DNA from: Pirellula staleyi DSM 6068
GTDB lineage: Bacteria; Planctomycetota; Planctomycetia; Pirellulales; Pirellulaceae
NCBI GenBank assembly: GCA_000025185.1
Contig: CP001848.1
Coordinates: 840,001-872,000, forward strand
DNA: 32,000 nucleotides
Direction: 5' to 3'
Shown piece after piece: positions 1-8,569 of this stretch. Position 1 is the stretch's first letter; every line of letters starts with the position of its first letter. Below the pieces are notes generated by a model. That model saw only the letters and a list, made by a program, of their open reading frames with translations. It had not been told where the DNA came from and did not search any database. The translations under genes and the position numbers were made by a program.

Positions 1-636
1 GGGATCTTGAGGGAAGTCGTTGCCGGTGTACTTGCGATAGACTTCTTTGTAGGCCTTGCAGAGTTCGATGAGGCCTTCGGCTGGCACATCGGTATCGAGC
101 TTCGCTTTGTACTTCTTCTTGATGCCGTCAAAGATGTGTTCGTAGTGCTCGTGATCGACACCCATCACAACGTCGCCGAACATGTTGATGAGGCGGCGGT
201 AGGCATCGTAGGCAAAGCGTTCGTTGCCGGTGGCGTTGGCCAGACCAGCGGTCGAAACGTCGTTGAGACCGAGGTTCAGAATGGTGTTCATCATGCCCGG
301 CATCGAGAGCTTAGCGCCCGAGCGAACACTGACGAGCAACGGATTCTTGTCGTCGCCGAACTTCTTGCCGAGCTCTTTTTCGAGCGAGCCGACATGCTTG
401 CGAACTTCGTCCATCAAACCATCGGGCATCTTGCGTCCGCTCTTGTAGTAGAGGTCGCAAACTTCGGTGGTGATGGTGAAGCCGGGAGGAACAGGCAGAC
501 CGATCGACGTCATGTCGGCGAGGTTGGCACCTTTGCCGCCGAGGAGGTCTTTGCTCAGTCCTTTGCCTTCGGACTTGCTCTTGCTGAAGTAGTAACACAT
601 CTTGCCGCTTTTGGCGGCAGGCTTCACTTTGGCCAT
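1..636 (-). CDS. ppdK: Pyruvate, phosphate dikinase, N-terminal 212 codons (gene continues leftwards out of the window)
   Basis: Reverse-strand translation from ATG at 636..634 reads MAKVKPAAKSGKMCYYFSKSKSEGKGLSKDLLGGKGANLADMTSIGLPVPPGFTITTEVC...NPLLVSVRSGAKLSMPGMMNTILNLGLND...ERFAYDAYRRLINMFGDVVMGV. This matches the conserved PPDK N-terminal nucleotide-binding region almost motif for motif. The frame stays open to base 1, so it is not in the ORF track. The listed + ORF 7..657 is its antisense shadow. Confidence 0.9.
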   Translation of the reverse strand, partial: MAKVKPAAKSGKMCYYFSKSKSEGKGLSKDLLGGKGANLADMTSIGLPVPPGFTITTEVCDLYYKSGRKMPDGLMDEVRKHVGSLEKELGKKFGDDKNPLLVSVRSGAKLSMPGMMNTILNLGLNDVSTAGLANATGNERFAYDAYRRLINMFGDVVMGVDHEHYEHIFDGIKKKYKAKLDTDVPAEGLIELCKAYKEVYRKYTGNDFPQDP

Positions 637-1449
637 GCTAAAAATGCTCGCTGCTAAAGAGAGGAGGTTGCGACTCGCCTGAGCGTTGGGGCTGTCGCGA
701 TCTCCGGTTTCACGCTCGAAATCTTACGCTCGTAAATTGCATATTTGCTTGCCGGGCCGGACTGCGCTAGCGATGGTCGCGCTCAGCTGCGAGCTAGAGA
801 GCCTGCACCAATACAGTGAGGCAGATCGCGACGAGTGGCGACGCTTGATAAACGCTCGACTCGCACGAACCAGCAGCGGAGAGTGACCGGCTGTCGACAG
901 GCTGGCGTCCCCGTGATCCCATCCTGAGATCGCCGCTGGGCATCGCATTGTGTCGTCAACCGCCAGAAGATCGGCCTGCTATCAGGCAAAAAATGAACAG
1001 AAAATCTAGCAGCGAAGTGGTTTAGCGTCAATGAAGGGGGGCTGCTGTGGGACGCGAAAAATCCGCAGCGAAATGAAGTTTTCGGGAACGGAGAGGGGGA
1101 CAAGCCGTAGCGCGCAGCGGCTCGAGCGGAAGATAACCAGCGGCGCCGGGCTCGCGCACATCCAGCCGCCGATCCCCGCACACTTCGCCCGAGCCACTGG
1201 CGGAACGGGGTGCCGTTGGTCTTGTACCAGCCGAGAGCAGGGCCGAAGGCCAGAGCGGCAGTCGATGTGGCGACCAGAACGGCCGCTGGGCTCCCGAGGT
1301 CCCGAGGGTGAATCGAACCTGGCCACTGCATCGAGACCAGCCAATATGGCAGCCTGAGTGACCGCTAAAGAGGTTTACGGCGCATTAAGTTCACCTTGCA
1401 TGCAGAAGCGCCAGCCGCGATTTACCCGCCCCTTGGTAGTTAAAAGTGC

Positions 1450-1478
1450 TTGCAACTGCACGCTTGGCGACGCACAAT
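1450..1478 (+). promoter_or_regulatory. Candidate sigma70-type promoter TTGCAA-N17-CACAAT, about 50 nt upstream of the 1527 start codon
   Basis: TTGCAA at 1450-1455, a 17-nt spacer, then CACAAT at 1473-1478. This is a pattern match only, and planctomycete promoter consensus is poorly known. Confidence 0.2.
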
Positions 1479-1526
1479 CTGGCGCACGACGCCCTGCCCC
1501 GCTCTCCCTCGAATGGTCCTACCACG

Positions 1527-4500
1527 ATGCCTGCCAGCCGCTTTCTCCGCCCCATTTTGCTCGCGCTTCTTGCGCTGCTGTTCTGCACCGCCGAGCTCCC
1601 TGCAGTCGACCCCGCCACGACCCCATCAGCCGATTCTAGTCAGTCTGCCGCCGCGGCCCAGCTTGGCATGGTCGACCCACCCCTGCCAGATGGCACCGAG
1701 GCGGGAAAAGCCCAAATCGGCGGTTTTCGCGTTCCTCAGCCGCTAGTGGTCGAGCTGTTTGCCGCCGAGCCGCAACTCGCCAGTCCGGTCGCCATCGGCC
1801 TCGACGAGCAGAACCGGGTCTACGTCGCTGAGGAGTTCCGCTTCAACCGGGGGACGGAAGAGAACCGAACGCGTCCCTTCTTCTTAGAAGATGATCTGCA
1901 GTTAAAGACCACTGCCGATCGGCTGGCGATGTACGAAAAATATGCCGACCGCTTTGAAGGTGGCATGAATTGGTTTCGTAAATATAGCGATCAAATTCGC
2001 CGCGTTGTCGACACCGATGGGGATGGAAAAGCGGATCAATCGACCGTGTTTCTTACGGGACTCAACGATCCGCTCGATGGACTCGCTTCGGGTGTGCTGG
2101 CGTATCGCGGCAACATTTATGTGACAAACATACCCAAGCTCTACGCCCTGCGCGACGACGATGGCAATGGGGTGGCCGACGAAAAACATGCAATTCTCGA
2201 TGGCTTTGGAGTGAACTGCGCGTTCCTTGGCCACGATTTGCATGGGCTGGTGATCGGCCCCGACGGTCGGCTGTATTTTTCGGTCGGCGATCGCGGGTTT
2301 CATGTCAAAACCAAAGAAGGAACCACACTTTCACAGCCTCGCCGTGGCGCAGTGTTTCGCTGCGAGCTTGATGGCAGCAAGCTCGAGGTAGTACATACCG
2401 GCCTGCGCAATCCCCAAGAATTGGCGTTTACAGATAAGGGCCAACTCTTTACCGCTGATAATAATTGCGACAAAGGAGATCACTCGCGATTGGTATGGAT
2501 CCTTAAAGGTGCCGACAGTGGTTGGAATATGGCCTATCAAACTATTCCACAGCCTTATGAGACCGGTCCTTGGCATGCGGAAAAGATTTGGTATGTCGAT
2601 GGAGAACCCTCGACGATTGGAGTGCGACCTGCATGCTATTTACCACCGGTCGGAAAGCTCGGCGCAGGGCCAAGTGGACTCGCGTTTCATAGTGGTGTCG
2701 GCTTTGCACCCGAGCTTCGAGGTCGCTTCTTTCACTGCAACTACACCGGCAATGGTGGAATCGAATCGATTGCCATCGAGCGGAGCGGATCGAGCTATAA
2801 AATCACGAAGCACGAAGATTTCCTGAAGCCGATTTCAGCGACCGACTGCGATTTTGGCTACGACGGAAAACTCTATGTCTCCGACTTTGTAGGACTCGAT
2901 TGGAGCGGGAAAACCCGCGGCGGACGCATTTACACAGTCAGCGATCCTTCGCAAAAAGAGCTCGCAATTACGAAGGAAGTGCAACGGTTTTTTGCCGAAG
3001 GATTTGAGAAGAAACCGAGCAGCCAACTCGCCTCGATTCTCGCTCACGACGACTATCGCGCGCGACATCGCGCTCAGCTGATGCTCGTGGAACGAGCGAC
3101 CGAAGAAACGAAAGCCTCGAAGACCGAAGCGTTCGATCTACTCATGGCGGCAGCGAAGTCGGATGAATCGCTCAAAGCCAAACTGCATGGCATTTGGGGG
3201 CTCGGAATCTTAATACGCACCCCGCACGCGATTGAGCTAAATCAGCGTTATGATGCCGCGACTCTGCTCCTTGCGACTTTAGACCATCCAGACATTGATA
3301 TTGTGGCTGCTACATGCACAGCCCTTGGCGAAGCTTATTCTCTGTTTCCCAAGGCATTACAGACGGGAGTCCCAGCCAAGCTTGAGGCATTAGCTGCCAG
3401 CGACGACCCGGCGCGAGCATTTCATGCACTCATGGCGCTGGGTGATTGCTGCACAACCTTTAAACTAGCAACCGTTCTTCAAACGCAGTTGCCTCGCACC
3501 GAAACCGACTCCTACTTGCGACATGCGGTGGTCTATTATTTGGTTCACTCTGCATCGATCGACAATATCGTTGCACTTGCGAAATCAGAGAATGCCAACG
3601 ATCGACTCGTCGCCACCCTGGTCCTGCGTTGCTGGAGCGATCCGACAGAGCTCGGCTGGAAGCGAGAAAGTGATGCGAAAGTTGCCACGGCAATCCAGCA
3701 ACTGCTGGAGGATGCCGATTTAGTCGTGGCCACCGAAGCTGCTCGAGTTGTAAACGACTTGCCCATCCCAGCACTGCTACCCGCACTCGCCAATCAAGCG
3801 CAGCGTCTGACACAAGGCTCGCTGCAAGTGCCCGATGCACTCGCGCGACGCGTGATCGAGGCCAATTTCGCCCTCGCTCAAGAGGGCTCGCTCGACCAAC
3901 TCATCGCGATGGTTCAGTCGCCACTGTTCAGCGTGACGGTACGCCAAGAAACGCTCGCCGCACTTCGCGTTTGGGATCAGCCCTCGCAGCGCAATCGCGC
4001 GACAGGCGTTTGGCGCGAGGTCTCTGGCGGTAATCAGCAGCTACTGGACAAACGACTCAAAGAAGAAGTGCCGCGATTCCTCGCTGCGGCTAGTAGCGAT
4101 CTCATTCCCCAGATCATCGAGTTGATCGATGCTCGCAAACTCGCCACCGACGACACTTCGATTGTCGATATCGCCACGAACGATCGACTCCCAGCGACGG
4201 CACGAGCCTTTGCCTTGAAAATCCTGGTCGATCGCAAATCGCCACAAGCCATCGCGATCGCCACCAAGTTTACAAGCGATCCAGTTCCTGCGATTCGTGT
4301 CGCAAGCCTTGAAGCATTTTTGACGCTCGACCAAGAGCAAGGTATAGCGAAACTTCTCGCGCGGATGAGTTCGGCCGATGCATATCCGAGCGAAAAACAA
4401 GCGGCGATTCGCTTGCTGAGTAAGCTCGATAAACCCGAAGCAATCGCTGCTGTAGTGCAGCAAATTGAGGCACTGAAGTCGGGCGAGCTTACGACGGCAC

Positions 4501-5072
4501 TCAGGCTCGAAGCCATCACTGCTGCTGCTGAGCCCAAGGTGAATGAGAAGCTTTCTGCCGAAGTGAAACAATTGCTCGCTGATCGTGCGAAGCTTGCGCC
4601 CATCGAGCGTCTTTCGACCACACTCGAAGGTGGTAATGCCGATCATGGTCGCGACATTTTCTATGGACACGCACAAGCGCAGTGCGCACGCTGTCACAAA
4701 ATCGAAGAGCGTGGCGGGATCGCGGGACCGGATCTTTCGGGCATCGGTTTGCGAGGATCACGCGAACATCTTCTCGAATCGATCATCACACCCGATACCA
4801 AAATCGCTCCCGGATTTGGCACCATCAATCTGCTGCTTGCCGATGGAACTACCGTGACCGGCGTGATCAAAGAAGAGAACGAACAAAGCATCATGCTCGA
4901 ACTAGCCAGCGGCGAAAAACGGTTGATTGCTGCCGAGGATATTGAGCAGCGATCGACTCCGAAGAGCGCGATGCCGCAGATGCTGACGGTCCTCAGCGAG
5001 TCGCAGATTCGTGATCTGATCGAGTACCTCTCGCAACAGAAAATCGGGCCAAAACCCTCGGTATCAGAGTAG
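1527..5072 (+). CDS. PVC-type heme-binding CxxCH protein: putative membrane-bound dehydrogenase domain, HEAT-like repeats and a C-terminal cytochrome c domain
   Basis: The ORF is 1446..5072. I prefer ATG 1527 because a signal peptide follows it (MPASRFLRPILLALLALLFCTAELPA). The N-terminal propeller-like region (GLDEQNRVYVAEE..., GPDGRLYFSVGDRG) resembles the Pirellula/Verrucomicrobium N-terminal dehydrogenase domain. A long helical HEAT/ARM-like middle follows. The C-terminus has the heme motif CARCH followed by GPDLSGIG. The matching models are TIGR02604/TIGR02603-type (accessions from memory). Confidence 0.85.
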   Translation: MPASRFLRPILLALLALLFCTAELPAVDPATTPSADSSQSAAAAQLGMVDPPLPDGTEAGKAQIGGFRVPQPLVVELFAAEPQLASPVAIGLDEQNRVYVAEEFRFNRGTEENRTRPFFLEDDLQLKTTADRLAMYEKYADRFEGGMNWFRKYSDQIRRVVDTDGDGKADQSTVFLTGLNDPLDGLASGVLAYRGNIYVTNIPKLYALRDDDGNGVADEKHAILDGFGVNCAFLGHDLHGLVIGPDGRLYFSVGDRGFHVKTKEGTTLSQPRRGAVFRCELDGSKLEVVHTGLRNPQELAFTDKGQLFTADNNCDKGDHSRLVWILKGADSGWNMAYQTIPQPYETGPWHAEKIWYVDGEPSTIGVRPACYLPPVGKLGAGPSGLAFHSGVGFAPELRGRFFHCNYTGNGGIESIAIERSGSSYKITKHEDFLKPISATDCDFGYDGKLYVSDFVGLDWSGKTRGGRIYTVSDPSQKELAITKEVQRFFAEGFEKKPSSQLASILAHDDYRARHRAQLMLVERATEETKASKTEAFDLLMAAAKSDESLKAKLHGIWGLGILIRTPHAIELNQRYDAATLLLATLDHPDIDIVAATCTALGEAYSLFPKALQTGVPAKLEALAASDDPARAFHALMALGDCCTTFKLATVLQTQLPRTETDSYLRHAVVYYLVHSASIDNIVALAKSENANDRLVATLVLRCWSDPTELGWKRESDAKVATAIQQLLEDADLVVATEAARVVNDLPIPALLPALANQAQRLTQGSLQVPDALARRVIEANFALAQEGSLDQLIAMVQSPLFSVTVRQETLAALRVWDQPSQRNRATGVWREVSGGNQQLLDKRLKEEVPRFLAAASSDLIPQIIELIDARKLATDDTSIVDIATNDRLPATARAFALKILVDRKSPQAIAIATKFTSDPVPAIRVASLEAFLTLDQEQGIAKLLARMSSADAYPSEKQAAIRLLSKLDKPEAIAAVVQQIEALKSGELTTALRLEAITAAAEPKVNEKLSAEVKQLLADRAKLAPIERLSTTLEGGNADHGRDIFYGHAQAQCARCHKIEERGGIAGPDLSGIGLRGSREHLLESIITPDTKIAPGFGTINLLLADGTTVTGVIKEENEQSIMLELASGEKRLIAAEDIEQRSTPKSAMPQMLTVLSESQIRDLIEYLSQQKIGPKPSVSE

Positions 5073-5124
5073 TTTTCGCAACCATCCGAGGATCATCGCG
5101 ATACGTTCAACTAGCCCGATGAGG

Positions 5125-6945
5125 TTACAAACTCTCGAGGAAAAAGAGAAGGTCATCGAGTTCCGCTGCTGCCAAATCGCGTGGCAGCTGATGACCGTGC
5201 ACTTCAAACACATCGCGCAGCTGTTTCGCGCGCGAGTCGTGCAAAAAAGCTTTCCCCTGCCCAACGCCGCGCAGCGATGGCGGATTGAATTTCTTCTGGC
5301 CGAGTTCGTCTTCAAGCCCCACTTCCACCGATTCTTGAATGGTGAACGTCAACGGCGGTATGTGGCATCGCTTGCAATCGAGCGATTGAAAGAGTTGCTG
5401 GCCGCGCGCTTGTTGTGCTTTGTCGTCGGCTGTTTCAGCGATGCGAAGTGGCGGTGGAACGGCGAGCGTATGCAAATAGGAAGCAATCTCCGACACGCTG
5501 CTAAGCGGAAGATCCTTCGGCATTTGCATGCTCGAGACGAGTGACTGCTCAACTTGCTGCGTGAGGTTTTGATGCTGACCGGTCCACGACCAGCGATCGG
5601 TGAGCGAGGTGCCGAGGAGTGTGAGCGTGCGCTTTGGCGCGCCGATGGTGGCATCCCCTTGCGTGTCGCTCTTGAGGCCATGCGTGTGACCATCGATGTG
5701 ACAACTATGACAGCTTAGCGAACCCGTCGCTGATGTCGCGCCGCTATAAAACAGTCGCTCACCTTTCAGCTGGGGCCAAGCCTCATCGATCGTGGAAAGC
5801 TGCACCGATTCGCGCGGCCACGACTGCTCGCTATCAACGATCGAGATCGAATCGCTCAAGTTATCGACCACGACGAAGCGGCCATCGGCCGTGGGACCTG
5901 CGATCGATAGTGGCCGTTTTCCTAGCGGAATACTCGCGTTTTTCGAAAAAGTATCGCGCGCGAGGATCAGCAGCTCATCGCGACCGGCGAGTGTAATCAG
6001 GAGCTGATTCTTCGTTAGCACGAGCGACGATGGGTCGGCTGCACCACTCGCGAGAGTCTTATCAAGATTCACGACCAAGCTCGGCTCGAGTCGCTGCCCG
6101 GCGTCTTTGCTACTGATCACTGCTGGGAGGCTCGACAGCTTGATGGCACACAACTGGTTCTGCAAAAGTTTGCCACTCATTTGATGCTCAAGCGACGTGG
6201 GAAGCGTTTCGTCGAGCAGTTGTCGCGTAAAAAGAATGCGCGACTCGCGCTCGTCGAGCGTTAGCCCGCGAAGCTGATGTCCGTCGACTGCAAAGCGCGT
6301 CGCGATCGTCTTGTTAGCAAGGTCGATGATGGCATAGTCGCCACCAAAATGATCGGCAACGAGCAGCCTGCTTGCATCGATAAACAGGGCTTCGCCCGGA
6401 TTGAAAGGAAGCGCAATCTCGGTGATGAAGTTCCGAAGCGAAAGTCCATTTGACTGCAAATTTTCCGCAGCAGAATTAACGTCGAGCTTGGCAAGCAGCG
6501 AGGCGTCGACGATCGAAATCGTGCGCTGCCACAAGCTGCTGATCGCGATGTCGCCACGCTTGCTCACAGCAATCTTGTGCGGCGATCGCGCGAGTCGCGT
6601 GCGAGCAACCAGAGTCAGTGCGCCATCGCGCGGAGTAAGTTTCGCGAAGACAAGTTCACTGGCTTTACCATCGGTGATCGCGAAGAGATCGCTATCGCCG
6701 ACGCGCGCGATGGCTGTGAGCGACTGGCCAACATCGATCGACTTCAGCTTGCGTGCTTCAGCCACATCGATCACGTGCACTGCGCCGCTCGATGGTCCAA
6801 CGACAAGGATCGTTTTGCCATCACTCGATACGGCAGCAGACGTGGGTCGTACTTCTAGACCATAGTTTGCGCCGCGCGCAGCGATCGGCAGTAGAAGCAC
6901 CAGTAGCGCGACGAGCAGTTTCCAAAACCGATCCACAGCAGACAT
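5125..6945 (-). CDS. Exported beta-propeller protein fused to a di-heme cytochrome c peroxidase (CCP/MauG-like) domain
   Basis: The ORF is 5125..6966. The Met at 6945 starts a signal peptide (MSAVDRFWKLLVALLVLLLPIAARG), but the GTG at 6966 is an alternative start. The N-terminal ~380 aa are repetitive beta-strand sequence. The C-terminus carries two c-type heme motifs, CHSCH and CKRCH, spaced as in di-heme peroxidases. Confidence 0.8.
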   Translation of the reverse strand: MSAVDRFWKLLVALLVLLLPIAARGANYGLEVRPTSAAVSSDGKTILVVGPSSGAVHVIDVAEARKLKSIDVGQSLTAIARVGDSDLFAITDGKASELVFAKLTPRDGALTLVARTRLARSPHKIAVSKRGDIAISSLWQRTISIVDASLLAKLDVNSAAENLQSNGLSLRNFITEIALPFNPGEALFIDASRLLVADHFGGDYAIIDLANKTIATRFAVDGHQLRGLTLDERESRILFTRQLLDETLPTSLEHQMSGKLLQNQLCAIKLSSLPAVISSKDAGQRLEPSLVVNLDKTLASGAADPSSLVLTKNQLLITLAGRDELLILARDTFSKNASIPLGKRPLSIAGPTADGRFVVVDNLSDSISIVDSEQSWPRESVQLSTIDEAWPQLKGERLFYSGATSATGSLSCHSCHIDGHTHGLKSDTQGDATIGAPKRTLTLLGTSLTDRWSWTGQHQNLTQQVEQSLVSSMQMPKDLPLSSVSEIASYLHTLAVPPPLRIAETADDKAQQARGQQLFQSLDCKRCHIPPLTFTIQESVEVGLEDELGQKKFNPPSLRGVGQGKAFLHDSRAKQLRDVFEVHGHQLPRDLAAAELDDLLFFLESL

Positions 6946-6985
6946 CTCCAAGCAATGGCAAAGCACGAGTATTGTGATCGATGCG

Positions 6986-8386
6986 CTACACTTCCAGCGT
7001 CGAACTTCCCTTCGAAAGATCGAAGGCGATGGTGAGTTTGTCGCCCGACTGAAAGTACGTTCCGCTGCTGATTTTCCGTAGCGAATCGACTTTTGCGAGC
7101 GTCTTCATGCTCTTCATGCCACTCTTCGCGTCGATCGTCACCAGCTTCACCGGCGCGTCGGTGGCGCGCTTGGTTTCGATGGTGAAATTGGGTGATGCAA
7201 ACGGCGCACGAAGCAGAATCGTATTCTCGGTGCGCGTGATGCTTGTGAGCTCTTTCGCAGCCCAGTAGCGCGAGAGTTCGCTGAGCTTCATCCAAATCAG
7301 GTTATCGTATTTCTCATGCAAGCGCGCGACGATGTCTTTCAGAATCTGAAAGCCAAACTTTTCGCCATTGCAATAAATTCCCGGCCAGTGGCAGACCATG
7401 CAAGCAGGTTCGCCGCGGTCGATCACCTCCACCATGCGACCACTTTTTAGATCAGCGGTGATGAACTGATCGACATGTCCGATCTCGAGTCCATCCCAAC
7501 CACCAAACCAATCGCCGGTGCAGCCGATGATCGAGACCACGCACTCGGGATGATCGGTACCCAAATGTTTTGCATTCTCCACGCGCGGCACCACGCTTTC
7601 GCTGCCGGTGTAGAGATGACGAAAATAGTGCGGAATTTCTGCGTTATAAACGTCGCGGCAACTTTGCAGCGACGCGAGCGAAAGTTCTTTGAGCGCGCGA
7701 TTGCCAAAGCCACCCGGGGTCGTGATTCCTTCGCACTCAAGTCCCGCTTGTTTAAGCACGCGCAGTGCATAGCTGAGATAGTCCGTCAGCTCGTCGACAC
7801 TCTTGCCATCGGTCCAGCGCCAATTCTCCATGAAGCGCTCGCTGCGTTCTTCGTAGGGCCGGCCGGTCTTGGTATTGATCACCCAAGTGTGCGAAACCAT
7901 TTCGGGATGGATGTCCCAGTTGGGGGTGATTTCTTTGCGCACGAGGTCGAGACTGTCGAGCAGTTCTTTCTTACTCCAACCTGGCATGTCGCGATCGACC
8001 CAGCCCACGCAAGCGGGATACGGCACGATGCTGTACTTCCCTTTCACCCCGTGCTCGGTGCAGTAGTCGGCGAACTCGCGCACGAACGAATCGGGAATCT
8101 CGCGCGGCAGCTTGCGCCAATCTTGCTTGTAGTTATTGGGAAACACCTCGGCGAACTGCGGGATCGCGAAGTGGGCGAGATTCACGAGGCAGGTCGAGTC
8201 GTCGATGATCAGATTCACCGGTACCCGCGCGAGGGGCAAAATCGCCTGCACATCAGCGGATCGCTCCGGTCGCTCGCCCGGAATCGTGGCCCACGCTTGA
8301 TCGCCCCAGGCCAGCGCGCCTAAGGCGCCAACCGCACTCATTTCCAGCATTTTTCGCCGAGAAAACGTGTGGTTTTCGTACCGCAT
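6986..8386 (-). CDS. Tat-exported protein of unknown function (weak NodB/deacetylase-like motifs)
   Basis: The ORF is 6986..8434. The ATG at 8386 has GGAG 8 nt upstream and is followed by a twin-arginine signal (FSRRKMLEMSAVGALGALAWG). The composition is protein-like over 466 aa. The IIDDS and HPEMVSH motifs only faintly recall polysaccharide deacetylases. Confidence 0.75.
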   Translation of the reverse strand: MRYENHTFSRRKMLEMSAVGALGALAWGDQAWATIPGERPERSADVQAILPLARVPVNLIIDDSTCLVNLAHFAIPQFAEVFPNNYKQDWRKLPREIPDSFVREFADYCTEHGVKGKYSIVPYPACVGWVDRDMPGWSKKELLDSLDLVRKEITPNWDIHPEMVSHTWVINTKTGRPYEERSERFMENWRWTDGKSVDELTDYLSYALRVLKQAGLECEGITTPGGFGNRALKELSLASLQSCRDVYNAEIPHYFRHLYTGSESVVPRVENAKHLGTDHPECVVSIIGCTGDWFGGWDGLEIGHVDQFITADLKSGRMVEVIDRGEPACMVCHWPGIYCNGEKFGFQILKDIVARLHEKYDNLIWMKLSELSRYWAAKELTSITRTENTILLRAPFASPNFTIETKRATDAPVKLVTIDAKSGMKSMKTLAKVDSLRKISSGTYFQSGDKLTIAFDLSKGSSTLEV

Positions 8387-8569
8387 CGCGACAACTCCGA
8401 GAGGTGTTTCGAGTGAGCTAAACGAGGCAAACAAAATGACTTTACTATTCCATCGACAACTGTCGATCAGTACAACGGTAGTATACCGAGATGTACATCA
8501 GACCCCGCCAAAGTTTTCTCGGAAAAGTTTGCACCCCCGCCGCCGAAATTTCCCACGGATGACCTCGCC

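Noticed and set aside
7-657. 216-aa + strand ORF at the left edge
   Set aside because: It is the antisense shadow of ppdK. The minus-strand translation is an unmistakable PPDK N-terminus, whereas this ORF gives a Val/Ala/Gly/Glu-rich sequence with no motifs.
895-904. 10-bp perfect palindrome CTGTCGACAG
   Set aside because: Dozens of 10-bp palindromes are expected by chance in 32 kb, and it has no loop for an RNA hairpin.
1307-1319. T-loop-like GGTTCGATTCACC on the minus strand, considered as a tRNA or tmRNA
   Set aside because: The flanking bases do not form a T-stem (CCAGG vs CACCC). I could not build an acceptor or anticodon arm. There is no GGGG...CCACCA acceptor pair and no ...AA-stop tag frame for a tmRNA.
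783-1357. Three overlapping ORFs (182 aa -, 112 aa -, 108 aa +) in the ppdK-upstream spacer
   Set aside because: All three frames are open at once, which is typical of stop-poor GC-rich DNA. The products are Arg/Ser/Ala/Pro-rich and low in complexity, with no RBS or domain-like pattern.
4041-4697. 218-aa and 195-aa minus-strand ORFs inside the 1527..5072 gene
   Set aside because: They are antisense to a gene with clear domain content, and their products are low-complexity.
7475-8323. 282-aa + ORF antisense to the Tat-exported protein gene
   Set aside because: It has the antisense-shadow composition (Ala/Gly/Val/Arg/His-rich). The minus frame has a Tat signal, an RBS and protein-like diversity.
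8452-8467. Inverted repeat ATCGACA-AC-TGTCGAT in the divergent promoter region, and a look-alike CTCTGCA-AC-TGCAGAG at 30062-30077
   Set aside because: Inverted repeats with 7-bp arms are expected by chance a few times in 32 kb. The two share only the central CAACTG, not the half-sites, so there is no evidence for a common operator.
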